A model generated the notes under the pieces. It made no database searches. It saw nothing but the letters and a program-made list of their open reading frames with translations, and was not told where the DNA came from. Positions 37,508-56,331 of a stretch of DNA of 64,000 nucleotides are shown here, one piece after another. The translations under genes were made by a program, and so were the position numbers. The stretch's first letter is position 1. Every line of letters begins with the position of its first letter. The DNA is from Dictyostelium discoideum (lineage: Eukaryota): assembly GCA_000004695.1 (NCBI GenBank), contig CM000151.3, positions 8,384,001-8,448,000 of the forward strand, written 5' to 3'.

Positions 37508-37655
37508 TTTTTTTTTTTTCCTTACTAATTTTATTATATATATGTAAAATAAAAAAAAAGAAAAAATAAAAAATTTAAAAAATTATTTATTTTTTTTTTT
37601 TATTGGTATATAACATATTAATCTTATTTATCTTAATTAATTAAATTAATGGGTG

Positions 37656-37687
<32 letters not shown>

Positions 37688-37890
37688 TGAATTAATTTGG
37701 TCTTGGAAAAAAAAAAAATAAAAAAAATAAAAAAAAATAAAAAAAAAATAAAAATAAAAATATTTGAAAAACACGGTTGCAAGCTGTTTTGTGCTGACTT
37801 TTTAGTTGAGTTATATTTGCTGCATTGTAATCATTACTTTTTTAATAATTATTTTCTATTCTTTGATTATTATTATTATTTTCTATTCTT

Positions 37891-37958
<68 letters not shown>

Positions 37959-38538
37959 TTGTTTATTTTTTTTATGGATTTTTTTTTTTTTTTTTTTTTT
38001 TTTTATGGATTTGCCACCGACGAAGTTTTTTAGTTTTTTCATTTTGACTCAAAAATCTTGACCAAATTAATAAATCGATGTTGCAGATACTAATATTACA
38101 TTTTTTATTTATAATTTTGAGTCAAAATTTAATTCTTTTTTTTTTTTTTGTTTTTTTTATTTATTTTTATTTTTATTTTTATTTTTATTTTCATTACTTT
38201 TTTTTTATTTATGTGATGTGCACAGTTAAAAAATTAAAAAAAAAAAAAAAAAAATTTTAAAAAAAAAAAAAAGTGAAAATTTAATTTTTTTTTTTTTTTT
38301 TTTTTTAATTTTTTTTTTTTTAAAATTAAAAATAATAAACACTCAATACAATTATATTTTCTTTTATGTAGGTAGTTTTAAATGATTTAAATTGAGTGTG
38401 TTTGTTTTTCTCAAACTAATTTTTAATTTAATATTTTATAAAAAAAAAAATAAAAATAAAAAAATAAAAAAAATAAAAAATAGATAAATAGATATAATTG
38501 ATAGTGTTTGTGTTTGGAAAATTAAATAATAGTTAAAA

Positions 38539-39350
38539 ATGAGTTATCCAAACCAACAACAAGAACAAAGTGGTTATCCACAACAACAACAACAGGGTTA
38601 TCCACAACAAAATCAGGGTGGTTATCCACAACAACAACAACAACAACATCAAAGGGGTGGATATCCACAACAAGGATACCCACAACAACCACAGGGTTAT
38701 CCACAACAAAATCAAGGTGGATATCCACAACAACCACAAACACAACAATATAACCCATATAGTCAACAAACATCACCACCTACAACTACAAATTCAGCAC
38801 CACCAACTACAAATTCAGCACCATTAAACCCATCTGTACAACAAACATCACCACCACAATCAATGACTAATAATACTGGAGTATATTCACAACCACCACC
38901 AACTAATCAACAACAATCACCATCAAAATCACAACCAATCAATAATAATAATATGGGAGGATATCCTCAACAATCATCACAATCATCACCACCACCAACA
39001 TCACAACAACAACAATATCAAGGTGGTTATCCACAACAAACAGGTTATTCTCAACAACCACAAACAAATTCATTATCATCACCAACCCAACCACCACCAC
39101 CAATCACAAATAATACATCAGCACCACCACAACCAACAGGTTATTCTCAACCACCACCAATGACAAATAATACAGGTTATCAACAAACTACAAATACTTC
39201 ACAACCACCAATGAACAATTATCAACAATACTCACCAAATCAACCAAGCGGTGGTAATATGTATCAACAACCACAATCACAACAATCACAACAACCACAA
39301 CAACCACAACAATATCAATATAATCAACAACCACCACAACAACCATATGG

Positions 39351-39408
<58 letters not shown>

Positions 39409-42036
39409 CCACCACAACAACCATATGGACAACAACCACAACAACAACAACAATGGAATAGTAATCCAGTACCAGGTTTACAAAATTTATCACTTGGACC
39501 AAATAACCAACAACCACAACAACAATATGGACAACCACAACAACAACAATATGGGCAACCACCATTCGTTGGACAACAACAACAACAACAACAACAACCA
39601 TGGCAACCACAACAACCACAACAACAACCAAATCAACAACAAATTGAGGATAATAGAATTAATATGTCAAAAGTGCCAAGCCCAACAGCAATTTTAGAAC
39701 AATTTAATAATTATATTTATAAGACCAATTCAGATGTGTCACCACCACCATCAACAGTTCAACAATTAGTGATTGATCAACAAAATGCATCACCAAATTT
39801 CATTCGTTCAACATTGTATACCATTCCAGAGAATGAGGATACTCTTAATCTAATTCATATTCCATTTGCAATTCATGTTCAACCATTGGCATACAATGGT
39901 ATTTCAGGTGAGGTACCAGTGATTCGTACACCAGGTGGACCAATTCAATGTAAACGTTGTCACAGTTATATCAATCCATTCAATCCATTCACCAATGGTG
40001 GTAAATATTTTACTTGTCGTTTCTGTGAATTTGAAAATCAAGTACCACAAGAATACTTTAGTGCCACGCTTCCAAATGGTCAACGTACCGATTACGAACA
40101 AAGACCTGAACTTCAAAGGGGTTCCTACGATTTCATAAAGACTGAAGCAAATGCAGCTCAAGTACCGGGTTATGTTTTCGTGATTGAAATTTCACAAGTT
40201 ACCATCAATAGTGGTATCGTCGAGAATGTAATCAATGCCATCAGAAGAATTCTCAATGAAAGATATGATAGTATACCAGCCAAAGTTGGTATCATCACCT
40301 ACGATACAGAGGTTCACTTTTGGTCATTCAAACCAACCTATGCCTATCCACAAATGAAAGTATTGACAGCTGACAATGTTTTCGTACCAGTTAATGACGG
40401 TTTCCTCGTGGATTATCGTGAGTCTAAACAATTGATGGATTTCTTTTTCGATAATTTCAAAACCTTCTTCAAACGTCCACAACCATCGAATCAACCATTT
40501 GCATTTGGTGCCGCTGTTCAAGCCGCTGCAATGTCATTGGAAAAGATTGGTGGTAGAGTTTTCACATTCAATACTACCCTTCCAAAAGGTTCACCTGGTG
40601 CTATCGCTAAACGTGTCGAAAAATCAATTCAACCATCACCAAACGGTTCACAATTCTATAAGACGGTAGCAACTGAATGTGTTGCAAAGAATGTTTCAGT
40701 GGATCTCTTTGTAATTCCAACAGAGATTTGTGATGTACCATCCTATGCTCAATTGGCAACCGCTACTGGTGGTCATATCAATCTCTACAATAATTACTCG
40801 GCCGAAGTTCACTCTGAATTACTCACAAGTGATATCATTCATTATGTTACAATGGAATTTGGTTTCAACGCAACCTCTAAAGTTAGATCCTCTAGAGGTA
40901 TCACTGTTTCTGCTCATTATGGTAATATCACTGAAGAGAATGGTCTCATTCAAATGGCTGGCGTGACCTCTGATAAATCAATTACATCAGTATTAAAATA
41001 TGATGATAAATTAAAACCAAAATCAAAAGCTTATATTCAATTTGCAATGATGTAAGTTTTTATTAAATTATTTAAATAATAATTATTATATATATATAAA
41101 ATATATTATAATATTTATAATTAACTATTTTATTTTATTTTATTTAGATATACAAATATTAAAGGTGAAACTAGAATTAGAATTCATAATTTAAGATTAT
41201 CAGTTGATTCAGTTTTAACAAATTTATTTAAAGATTCAGATTTAGATTCAATTACAACCTATTTTGCAAGAGTAGCAAGTAAAGAGGTATTGACAACTAC
41301 ACCAACTACAGTTCGTTCAAATACAGTTGATAAAGGTGTTGATTTATTAGCATCCTATAGAAAGAATTGTGCATCCGATAAGAAGGCAACTCAATTGATC
41401 TTACCAGAGGGTATTAAATTGATGCCAATCTATATATTGTCAATGATGAAAACACCATGTTTCCGTCTTTCACCAGATATCAGTCAAGATTTGCGTTATT
41501 TCTATTTGAATTTATACACTTCATCAGCACCTTCAAGAATTATACCATTGATTTATCCACGTACCTATCCAATTCATAATTTATTACCTGGCGATGGTTA
41601 TAAACATCCAAACTATGATCACATTGTATTACCATCATTCATTAGATTATCGGCCGATCAAATCTCTCAAAATGGTATTTACATTCATGAAGATGGTAGA
41701 CAAATTATGGTTTGGATTCAACAATTTGCTGCTACCAATTATCTTCGTGATCTTTTCGGTATCGAGAGTACCTTTGGTTATACCAATAGTAAATTATCAC
41801 AACTCTATCATTCTTTAAATGGTCAAAACGAATATCATCAACGTATTGAAGCTATCATCGCTTCAATCACTCAACTTCGTGGTTACAAAGATAGACCTGT
41901 CATTTTCGTCGTTCAAGGTGATCCTGTTGATGCTCATCTTAGATTACAATTCCATGAAGACAAAGGTGTTGATTCTGTCTCTTACATTGATTTCCTTTGT
42001 CAAATTCATAAACAAATTCAAAATAAATTATCGTAA
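38539..42036 (+). CDS. sec24: COPII coat subunit Sec24, 2 exons
   Basis: Exon 1 is 38539..41051 with an N-terminal GYPQQ/Pro-Gln-rich low-complexity region of about 380 aa, the Sec23/24 zinc finger CKRCHSYINPFNPF...CRFCEFEN and the trunk domain. Intron 41052..41147 is GTAAGT...AG in phase 2. Exon 2 is 41148..42036 (..FAM|IYTNIKGETRIRIHNL.., helical and gelsolin-like regions). Confidence 0.85.
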
Positions 42037-42049
42037 GGTATTATATTAA

Positions 42050-42128
<79 letters not shown>

Positions 42129-43031
42129 TTAAAAAAAAAAAAAATAATAAAAAAAAATTAAATTACAAACTATAAATAAAAAAAGAGATCAACCAAAAAA
42201 AAAAAAAAAGTAATAATTAAAATCTTTTAAAAATAGAATGTAATGTATTAATAGTTTTTTTTTTTTTTTATTTATTTTTTATTTTTATGTTATTATTTTC
42301 TAAAAAAAAAAAAAAAAAAAAAAATTAGGCAAAATGATTATCAACAAACAGCTGCTGCTCTTTTGATGGCAAATACTTATTAGGAAAAAAAAAAAAAATA
42401 AAAAAATAAAAAAAAATAAAAATAAAAACCAATACTAAAATAAAAAAAATAAAATAAAATAAAAAATAAAAAGATCATTTTTTTGATCATTTCTTTTATT
42501 ATAAACACAATGAAAAAATTGCCCGCCAATCATTTTTTGATCTTTTTTTTAAATTTTTTTTTTTTATTTTTTTTTTTTTTTAAAAAAAAAGAACTGTTTT
42601 TTTTTTTTATTTTGAATTGTTAAATTAATTTTACAAAAAAACAAAAAAAAAAAATAAAATAATATAAAAACAATCGTTCTTTTTTTTTTTTTTTTTTTAT
42701 TTTCACGCTGTATACAACATAAATAATAATAAAACATAGCAATAACATCTAGCATTTTTTTTTTTTTTTATCTTTCCAATTTTATGTTAGACTCCAACCC
42801 CCACATCACAAGGTGAGTACCAGATTTTGAAAATACAAAAAAATAAAAATAAAAAAAAAAAATAATAAAAAAAAAAATAACAACCCAATTATTTTTTTTT
42901 TTTTTTTCTAATCCATATTAATATCATATTTAAAATAATAAAAAAAAAATACAATTAGTAATTAGTTTAAAGGAAAAAAAAAGAATTATTTTTGTTTTTG
43001 GTTTTTTTTTTTCTTTTTTTTTTTTGGGAAA

Positions 43032-45425
43032 ATGAGCAATAGTTTTTTGCATTGTAAAAAATCAAATGATGAATTTGCAGAGAATTTAATATGGAGAAGG
43101 AATTTATTGACAGTATTTGAAAAGTTGGGAGAAAAAGATCAAATAGCTCATGCAATGCAATATTTGATATCACAAGTTCATGGATTATTAAATTTAAATC
43201 AATTACAATTTTTTATGGATTGTATTGTTGAAAGTAGTGAGGATTTTAATAATATTGGTAAGAGGGAAGTTATAAAATTATTAGGTACAATGGTATCAAT
43301 ATTTAGGAATAGATTATCATCATATCTCAATAAGATCATTTCATTCATAATTAGAAGATTAAGTGAACCAACATCATCAGGATTATTAGAGATAACATTG
43401 GAAACATTGGGTATAACTTGTAATAACATTATCATTGAACAAAAACATTTATTTAAAACCAATGGTGGTATTGGAAGTTGTAATGTAAATATCAATGGAA
43501 GCAATCTATCCAATAGTCTAAGTAGTAACCCAACTCAACAACAACAGCAACAACAATTATCAATTTCAACTAGTCTAATCGATGTTTATTTAAATCCAAT
43601 ATTAATGATAATCAATCTACCAAGTAGACATATTCAATGTGCTTCCATTCTGGCCATTCAAAAAGTGATTGAAAATATTTATGATATAAATAACTTACTT
43701 TGTCCACAATTACCAAAGATTTTAAATCAACTTTTGAAAAAGTTAATAAATGTTCAATTACCATCATCATCATCGGCTTCAATGTCTTCATTTTCAACTC
43801 AGTATTGTGTACCACATATACTTTCAACCATTTCAAGTTTATTTAAAATGGTTGGATCAAATTATTTCATTTATCATAATTCTCTATCTCATTCTTTAAT
43901 TGATCAAATCAATGGTACTCTAATTTCAAATTCAATAAGAACTTTAACTTCAAATGATTGGACTGCTAGAAATTCTTCTGCAACTTTATTACAAACTATT
44001 GTAGATATTCTTCCAAAATCATTTTATTTTAATAGGATAAATGATATTCTAAAATCTTTAAATGATTGTAAATATGATAAAGTATGTTTTTTAAATTTCT
44101 TTATTTAAATAAATTAAAATAAAATATATTAACCCCCTTTTTTTGTTTTTTTTAAAAAAAAAAAAAAGATAAAATCAATTAGAGATAGTGTAAATAAATC
44201 AATTCAATTATATAATGAATCACTTTTAAATAATACAAATACAAATAATAATAATAATAATAATTTAGATAGTAGTAATAATAATCATAATAATAATAAT
44301 ATAAACGAATCAAATAATAATTTTTATAATCAGCATAATCCACCAATTAATATTGTTAGTAATATACCGACAACTCCACCATTTATAGAAGCTAAATTTA
44401 ATAAACAATTTCAACAGCAACAGCAACAACAAAATCAATCAATTTATAATTCACCTTTATTAAAGTCACCACGTAAGACTTCACCAACTACACCATCAAC
44501 GCCAACATCAACACCACCAATTCATTCACAACCAAGTCCATATAAAAAGTATACACCATTATCATCACCATCATTAAGTAGTAAGAAAATTACATCTTAT
44601 TCTTCAATGTCATTATCATCTTCATCCTCTCAATCATCCAATAGTGGTAGTTTTAATATATCAAATACTACCACTACAAACCAATTACCATCGGCTTTTA
44701 AAACGAGTCCAACACCATCTTATTCAAATTCACCAATTTTAAAACCAACTACAACTTCAATTAATTTAAATACCACTTCTAAAATACCAACAAACTTTAA
44801 AGAATTTAATATATCTTCCTCTTCATCACTTTCTACTTCGCCTTTAATATTTTCAAATAATAAACAAGAATTACATCAACAACATCAACATCAACATCAA
44901 CAACATCAACAACAAATTGAACAAAAACAAAAACATCATTATCGGTACACAGATGAAGAAATAATTCATATGGTTGATAATAATAATAATGAGAACGAAA
45001 ATGAAGATAATAATAATAATAATGATAAAAGTGATAATGAAGATAATAATAATAATCAAGATGAAACAAATATTTTAACTTTATCATCACTTGTGAAATC
45101 ACCAAATCCAAAACCAATAATATTTTCACCTTCAAAATCAACAAATAATACTACAAATAATTCATCATCGTCATCATCATCATCATCAACAACTACAACA
45201 ACCTCATCATCACCAAAATTAAATATAAAACCAAAAGAAACTATTACAACTACAACTACAATTACAACTGAAGAGAATGAAACATTGAAATTAATTCACG
45301 AAATGATGAATTCAATGAACGATTTTATGATTGAAACTCGTGATAATATTGATCAAATTAAAAAAAGGTTAGGCGTTGTTGAATCTTCAGTTTTAACACT
45401 TCAAAAATATTATTTAACAAAATGA
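43032..45425 (+). CDS. unknown protein: helical N-terminal domain, Ser/Thr/Asn-rich middle, C-terminal coiled coil; 2 exons (possible extra 5' mini-exon at 42784..42812)
   Basis: Exon 1 is 43032..44081 (donor GTATGT, phase 0); intron 44082..44168; exon 2 is 44169..45425, open in frame with track ORF 44607..45425 and ending ...NIDQIKKRLGVVESSVLTLQKYYLTK*. Confidence 0.55.
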
Positions 45426-45519
45426 TGATAATAATATAACAATAAACTTTATTTTATTTGAATTATTTTTAAAAAAAAAAAAAAAAATGAAAAATGATAA
45501 TAATAAATTTAAAATTATT

Positions 45520-46087
45520 TTAATTATTTAAATTTGAATTGTATAATTTTTTTAAAATTTCTTTTAAACCTTTTTTAATTGATAATATATTTTGATTATT
45601 TTTTGCACTTATAGGTATAATATTCCATTCTTTACCTTTGAATAAATTTTTAGTTGCTTTTTTAAATTCTTCTAAATGACTCTCTGCATATTCACCATCC
45701 ATTTTATTGGCAATAATAATTGAGGGTTTATTAGTTAAACCAGGTTTATAATTTTCTAGTTCCTCTAAAAGACTTGAAAAATCTTTCCATGGTGTTCTAT
45801 AGTGTTGATCATGGATTTTAGATTTAATTTCTTTTTTAGCCTCAATTAAATCATCTTCATCTTGAATATATCCATAACGATTTGTAACCACTTTTACTTG
45901 TTTACCATCCCAAATTGCTGGTAAACCATTATTTGACATATCCAATACATAAACTATTGCTTTAGTTCTTTCAATATGACGAAGAAAATCTAAACCTAAT
46001 CCTAAATTTAAATGTGCACCTTCTAAAATACCTGGTAAATCTGCAATTGTACTTGTTGGAATTGAATTTATTAAATTATTATTACCA

Positions 46088-46172
<85 letters not shown>

Positions 46173-47406
46173 TATTATTATTACTATAACCATTTATAAT
46201 ATTATTAATATTTCTTTTACGTTTTGAAAGATTATTTGTACTATTAACTTTTGTTGAATTAAGTTTTTCTTTTAAAACTTGACTATCTATATCAAAGAAA
46301 TCAATTACACCAACATATGGATTTAAAGTTGTGAATGCATAATTTTGAATATTTGGAATTGCATTTGAAATCACTGATAATAAAGTACTTTTACCAGCAT
46401 TTGGGTAACCTACTAAACCAAAATCTGCAATGATTTTCAATTCTAATTCAATTCTTTTAATTTCACCTTTTGTACCTGGTTGAGCATATTCTGGTGATCT
46501 ATTTGAACCAGATGCAAAATTATAATTACCTTTTCCACCTAAACCACCTGATGCAACAACTACCTCTTGTCCAAATTCATTTAAATCAATTATATTACCA
46601 TTTTCAACCCATTTGTTATTACCATTATTATTGTTATTTTTAGTTGATTTACTATCGAGATGTGATATTATATTATTTGTATCATTGATTTTACCATCTA
46701 CAACCGGTGCACTTAATGCTTTTAAATAAAGTGCTGGATCGAATGATTCACTGGTTGGATCGAATCTTGGATCTTTTTTTGAGATTACATTTCCAGTATC
46801 ATCAGTTTCAAATTCTTGAATCTCTTCTCCATCATTAGTTTTTAGGACCAACTCTTTAATAACAGTTCCAATTGGTACACGTAAAACTATATCATCACCA
46901 TCTTTACCGGATTTTCTTGCACCCATACCCTTTTGACCATTTTCACCTTTATAGTTCTTTTTTAAATGTGAAAGATTATTATTATCAAAATCTGCTCTAA
47001 CTATAATATTTGCACCACTACCACCATTACCACCATCAGGTGGACCTTCTGGTATATATTTTGCTCTGAAAAAACTAATTGCACCACCACCACCATCACC
47101 AGCTTTAACACCAACTCTAATCTTATCAATGAATGAAAGATGTGAATGTGCTGATGGTTTTGATTTCTCTTTAATTTCTGATCCTAAATCTTGTGCTGTT
47201 TCTTTTAATTCTTGATATGACATCTCTTCCAATTTTTCAAATTCTTCACTTGGTTCATGTTTAAATGTTACTTTTGGTTCATTATAACTATTATAATTAT
47301 TATTATTATCTCTATCAATACTAATACAAAAATCTCTTTTAAAATAATTATATTTTATAAAATCATTTTTTAATTTAAAATTATTTAAAATTAAACATTT
47401 TTTCAT
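45520..47406 (-). CDS. Obg-family GTPase, organellar/mitochondrial type, with poly-Asn insert
   Basis: Single exon. Obg N-domain Gly-rich signature (VKAGDGGGGAISFFRAKYIPEGPPDGGNGGSGANIIVRAD), G1 GYPNAGKSTLL, G3 IADLPGILEGA, G4 IIANKMD; an N-terminal extension of about 90 aa is consistent with an organellar presequence. Confidence 0.8.
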
Positions 47407-47683
47407 TATTATTTTAATTTATTATTATTATTATTATTTTAATTTTTTTTAAAATTTTTTTTTTATTAAAAATAATAGAATTAGATATTTAAAAAAAAAA
47501 AAAAAAAAAAAAATGAAAAAAATGAAAATAATTAAAAAGCCGAGTAACGGTATGATTAAAAAAAAAAAAAAAAGCAAAAAAATTGAAATTAATAAAAAAA
47601 AACGAAAAAAAAAAAATCATATAAAAAAAAGTTCAAAATTTTTTTTTTTTTTTTTATTTTTCAGAAATCATCACACATAAAAA

Positions 47684-48899
47684 ATGGTATGTTAAATTTT
47701 AGATTGAGGATATATGATATATAATTTTATTATTTTTTTTTTTTTTTTTGGTCTCAATCTAATTTAAATTATCAATAATCTTTAATATTTAGACTACTCG
47801 TCCATTTGTCCAAGTCTTTGATGCCCAAAACAAAGTTGTAGGTAAAGTTAAGCTCCCAAATGTCTTGACCACCCCAATCCGTCCAGATTTAGTTAACTTT
47901 GTCCACACCAACTTAAACAAGAATGCTCGTCAAGCTTATGGTGCTGCTCCATACGCTGGTGAACAAACCTCTGCTGAATCATGGGGTACTGGTCGTGCTG
48001 TCGCTCGTATTCCTCGTGTTCCAGGTTCAGGTACACACCGTTCAGGTCAAGGTGCCTTCGGTAACATGTGTAGAGGTGGTCGTATGTATGGTCCAAACAA
48101 GACCTGGAGACGTTGGAATCGTAAAGTTAACGTCAACCAAAAGAGATACGCTGTTGTCTCAGCTTTAGCTGCCTCAGCTGTCCCAGCCCTCGTTATGGCT
48201 CGTGGTCACAGAATCAATGGTATCAATGAAGTCCCATTAGTCATTGCCAACGAATCCGTTGACACCCTCCAAAAAACCAAAGCTGCCGTTGAATTATTAA
48301 AGAAAATCAACGCCTACGCTGATGTCACCAAAGTCATCGACTCCAAACATATTCGTGCTGGTGCTGGTAAAGCAAGAAACAGACGTTACAAAGTCCGTAA
48401 AGGTCCATTAGTCGTCGTCTCTGGTAAGACTACCGTCTCCCAAGCCTTACGTAACATCCCAGGTGTTGAAGTTGCCAACGTCTCAAGACTCAACTTATTA
48501 AAATTAGCACCAGGTGGTCACTTAGGTAGATTCATCATCTGGACTAAATCCGCTTTCGAACAATTAGACTCAACCTTTGGTACCTTTGCCAAATCATCTG
48601 CTCAAAAGAAAGGTTACACTCTCCCACGTCCAATGATTGCTAACGCTGATATTGTCAGACTCGTCAACTCTGATGAAATCCAAGCTGCCGTTAGAGCCAG
48701 CAAAGTCGTCGTCAAACGTCCAACTGCCCCAGTTCGTCGTTCTAACCCATTAAAGAACTTACGTGCTATGATTAAATTAAACCCAGCCGCCGTCTCAACC
48801 CGTCGTACTCAAGTTAAATCATTAAAATCAAAAGGTATCAAAGTTAGCAAAAAGAATCAATTAAGAGCTAAATTAGTTGCTGCCACTTTCAACCAATAA
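47684..48899 (+). CDS. rpl4: 60S ribosomal protein L4 (uL4), 2 exons with ATG-only first exon
   Basis: Exon 1 is 47684..47686 (ATG|GTATGT); intron 47687..47792; exon 2 is 47793..48899, giving [51 protein letters not shown]...[39 protein letters not shown], colinear with eukaryotic RPL4. The coding region is GC-rich with strong codon bias. Confidence 0.9.
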
Positions 48900-48999
48900 A
48901 TTTTTAAATAGATTTGTTTTCTAAAAAAAAAAAAATCGTCTTTCATTATTTTAATTTTTTTTTTTTTTTTTTCCTTTTCATTTTTTTTTTTTTTCCAAA

Positions 49000-49431
49000 A
49001 TGTCAAACAATAATTCTTTAAATATTTTTAATAATAATGGAAATTTTGAAGAATTGTTATTAACATATAACGAATTATTAAATTTATTAAAAAATGATTC
49101 CGATGAAAAATTAATAATAGAAAAAGCATTAAAATTATTTTCAAATTATTTTAATAATAATCATTCAAATAATCCTTTTCACTTTGAAGTATTAATTGAG
49201 TCACTAAATAATAAATTAAATAAATTTGATTTTATTAATTTATTGGTATCAATTTTTTCTTGTAATGGTGAAATTAATTTTAATTTCAAGATTTATATTG
49301 TTAATAAATTATTTCAATTTTTAAATAATAATAATAATAATAATATTTCATTATCAACAATCGATTTCTCTCCAATCAAAAAGGTAAAGTTTTTATTTTT
49401 ATTTTTATTTTCAATTTTTTTTATTATTAAC

Positions 49432-49462
<31 letters not shown>

Positions 49463-49807
49463 TTTTTTTTTTTCAGTTCTCAAGTAATTTCAAAAGAGAT
49501 ATTGTGTTGGTAAGAAAAATAAATTGTATAGAAAAATATTTTAAAGATAATGAAGATATAATCAATAATCAAGATGATAAAGCATTTGACGATCAATTTT
49601 TATCTTCAAATTTAGTTTTTCAAAATTATTGCAAATCAATAGATGATTTATTTTCATTGGATTATTTAGATATGGATAAAGATTTTATTAAATTAATTAA
49701 TGATTTGGAAAAAAATGAAATTAAATTACAACCATTATTGTCATATTTAAATCATTTCGAAAGATCAACTTTAGAATTTATAAATTTAGATTTACAATAT
49801 ATTTTAT

Positions 49808-49897
<90 letters not shown>

Positions 49898-49995
49898 GTA
49901 ATAATAGTAATAATAGTAATAATAATAATAATTATAATAGTAATTTAAATAAATTTAAATTTTATCTTTATTGTTTAAATAAGGAAATATCATAA
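49000..49995 (+). CDS. Asn-rich protein of unknown function, probably 2 exons
   Basis: ORF 49000..49995. An internal 93-nt extremely AT-rich segment 49384..49476 carries GTAAAG...TTTTCAG signals and is in frame whether or not it is spliced. C-terminal (AAT)n tract of more than 40 codons. Confidence 0.5.
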
Positions 49996-50186
49996 ATAAT
50001 AAACTCCAAGTTTTTCCAATATTATCACAACCAAAAAGCTCATTTTTCTTGGAATTTTTTTTTTTTATTTTTTTTTATTTTTTTTATTTTTTTTTAACAT
50101 TTAAATATTTTTTATTTTTTATTTTTTATTTTCAGCTTTTGTTTACACTTTAAAACAACAAATAAAGATAAAAAAGAAATGGGGAA

Positions 50187-55320
<5,134 letters not shown>

Positions 55321-55349
55321 TAAAAATTTTTCAAATTAATACACCAAGA

Positions 55350-55393
<44 letters not shown>

Positions 55394-55921
55394 AACAAAA
55401 ATATAATAAAAATTTCGATTATTAGTTTGTTTTATTTTCCATTGGTTCAATGCCCAAGAAAAAAAATAATAATAATAAAAAAACAATCAAATATAAATCA
55501 GGTTCATTCTCATTTGTTGGGTTATTACTTCTCAAATTTAACAGTTCAATTTTTTTTTTAATTGGATTTTATTTACAAAAACTGGGTTTATTAATTTATT
55601 TTTTTTTTTTAAAAATATCTTAAAAAAAAAAAAAAAATAAAGGATAATTATTAATTTGTAGTAGGATTAAATCTCTTTAATTTTTTTTTTTTTTTTTTAT
55701 TTAATTTCTTTGAAAGTTGGAGTGCATTTTTTAAAAAAAAAATCTTTAACCCAATTTTTTTATCCAATCAAAAATTTAATAAATATCTATTTTTATTTTT
55801 TTTGATTTAAATTTTTATTTTTATTTTTTGGATTTAAGAATTTTTTTTTTTTAAGTTTTTTTTTTTTTTAAAAAAACCAAATAATATTAAAAAGAGAAAA
55901 AAAAAAAAATTAATAATAAAT

Positions 55922-56092
55922 ATGTCAGGTGGTAGTGTGTATTTACCACCCAATTCTGATGAAGAATCAGATAAAAATGATAAAAATAATAAAGGTAATA
56001 ATAAAATTAATAATAAATCGAATGGAAATAATAGTATAAATAATAATAATAAAAATAATAATAATAAAAATAATTATAATAATAATTATAGA

Positions 56093-56125
<33 letters not shown>

Positions 56126-56132
56126 TATAGAG

Positions 56133-56229
<97 letters not shown>

Positions 56230-56255
56230 TAATAATAATAATAATAATAATAATG

Positions 56256-56331
<76 letters not shown>

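Noticed and set aside
37363-38260. ORFs 37363..37569, 37697..38047, 37806..38033, 37842..38042(-), 38078..38260
   Set aside because: Span (ATTT)n microsatellite and poly-T/poly-A tracts of up to about 45 nt; Phe/Lys homopolymers; intergenic.
38522-40966. ORFs 38522..38779(-), 38533..38769(-), 38570..38827(+), 39188..39631(-), 39251..39697(+), 39904..40161(-), 39935..40138(+), 40324..40521(-), 40730..40966(+)
   Set aside because: Overlap the Sec24 coding frame; they are mirror or alternate frames of CAA/CCA repeats or of conserved Sec24 sequence.
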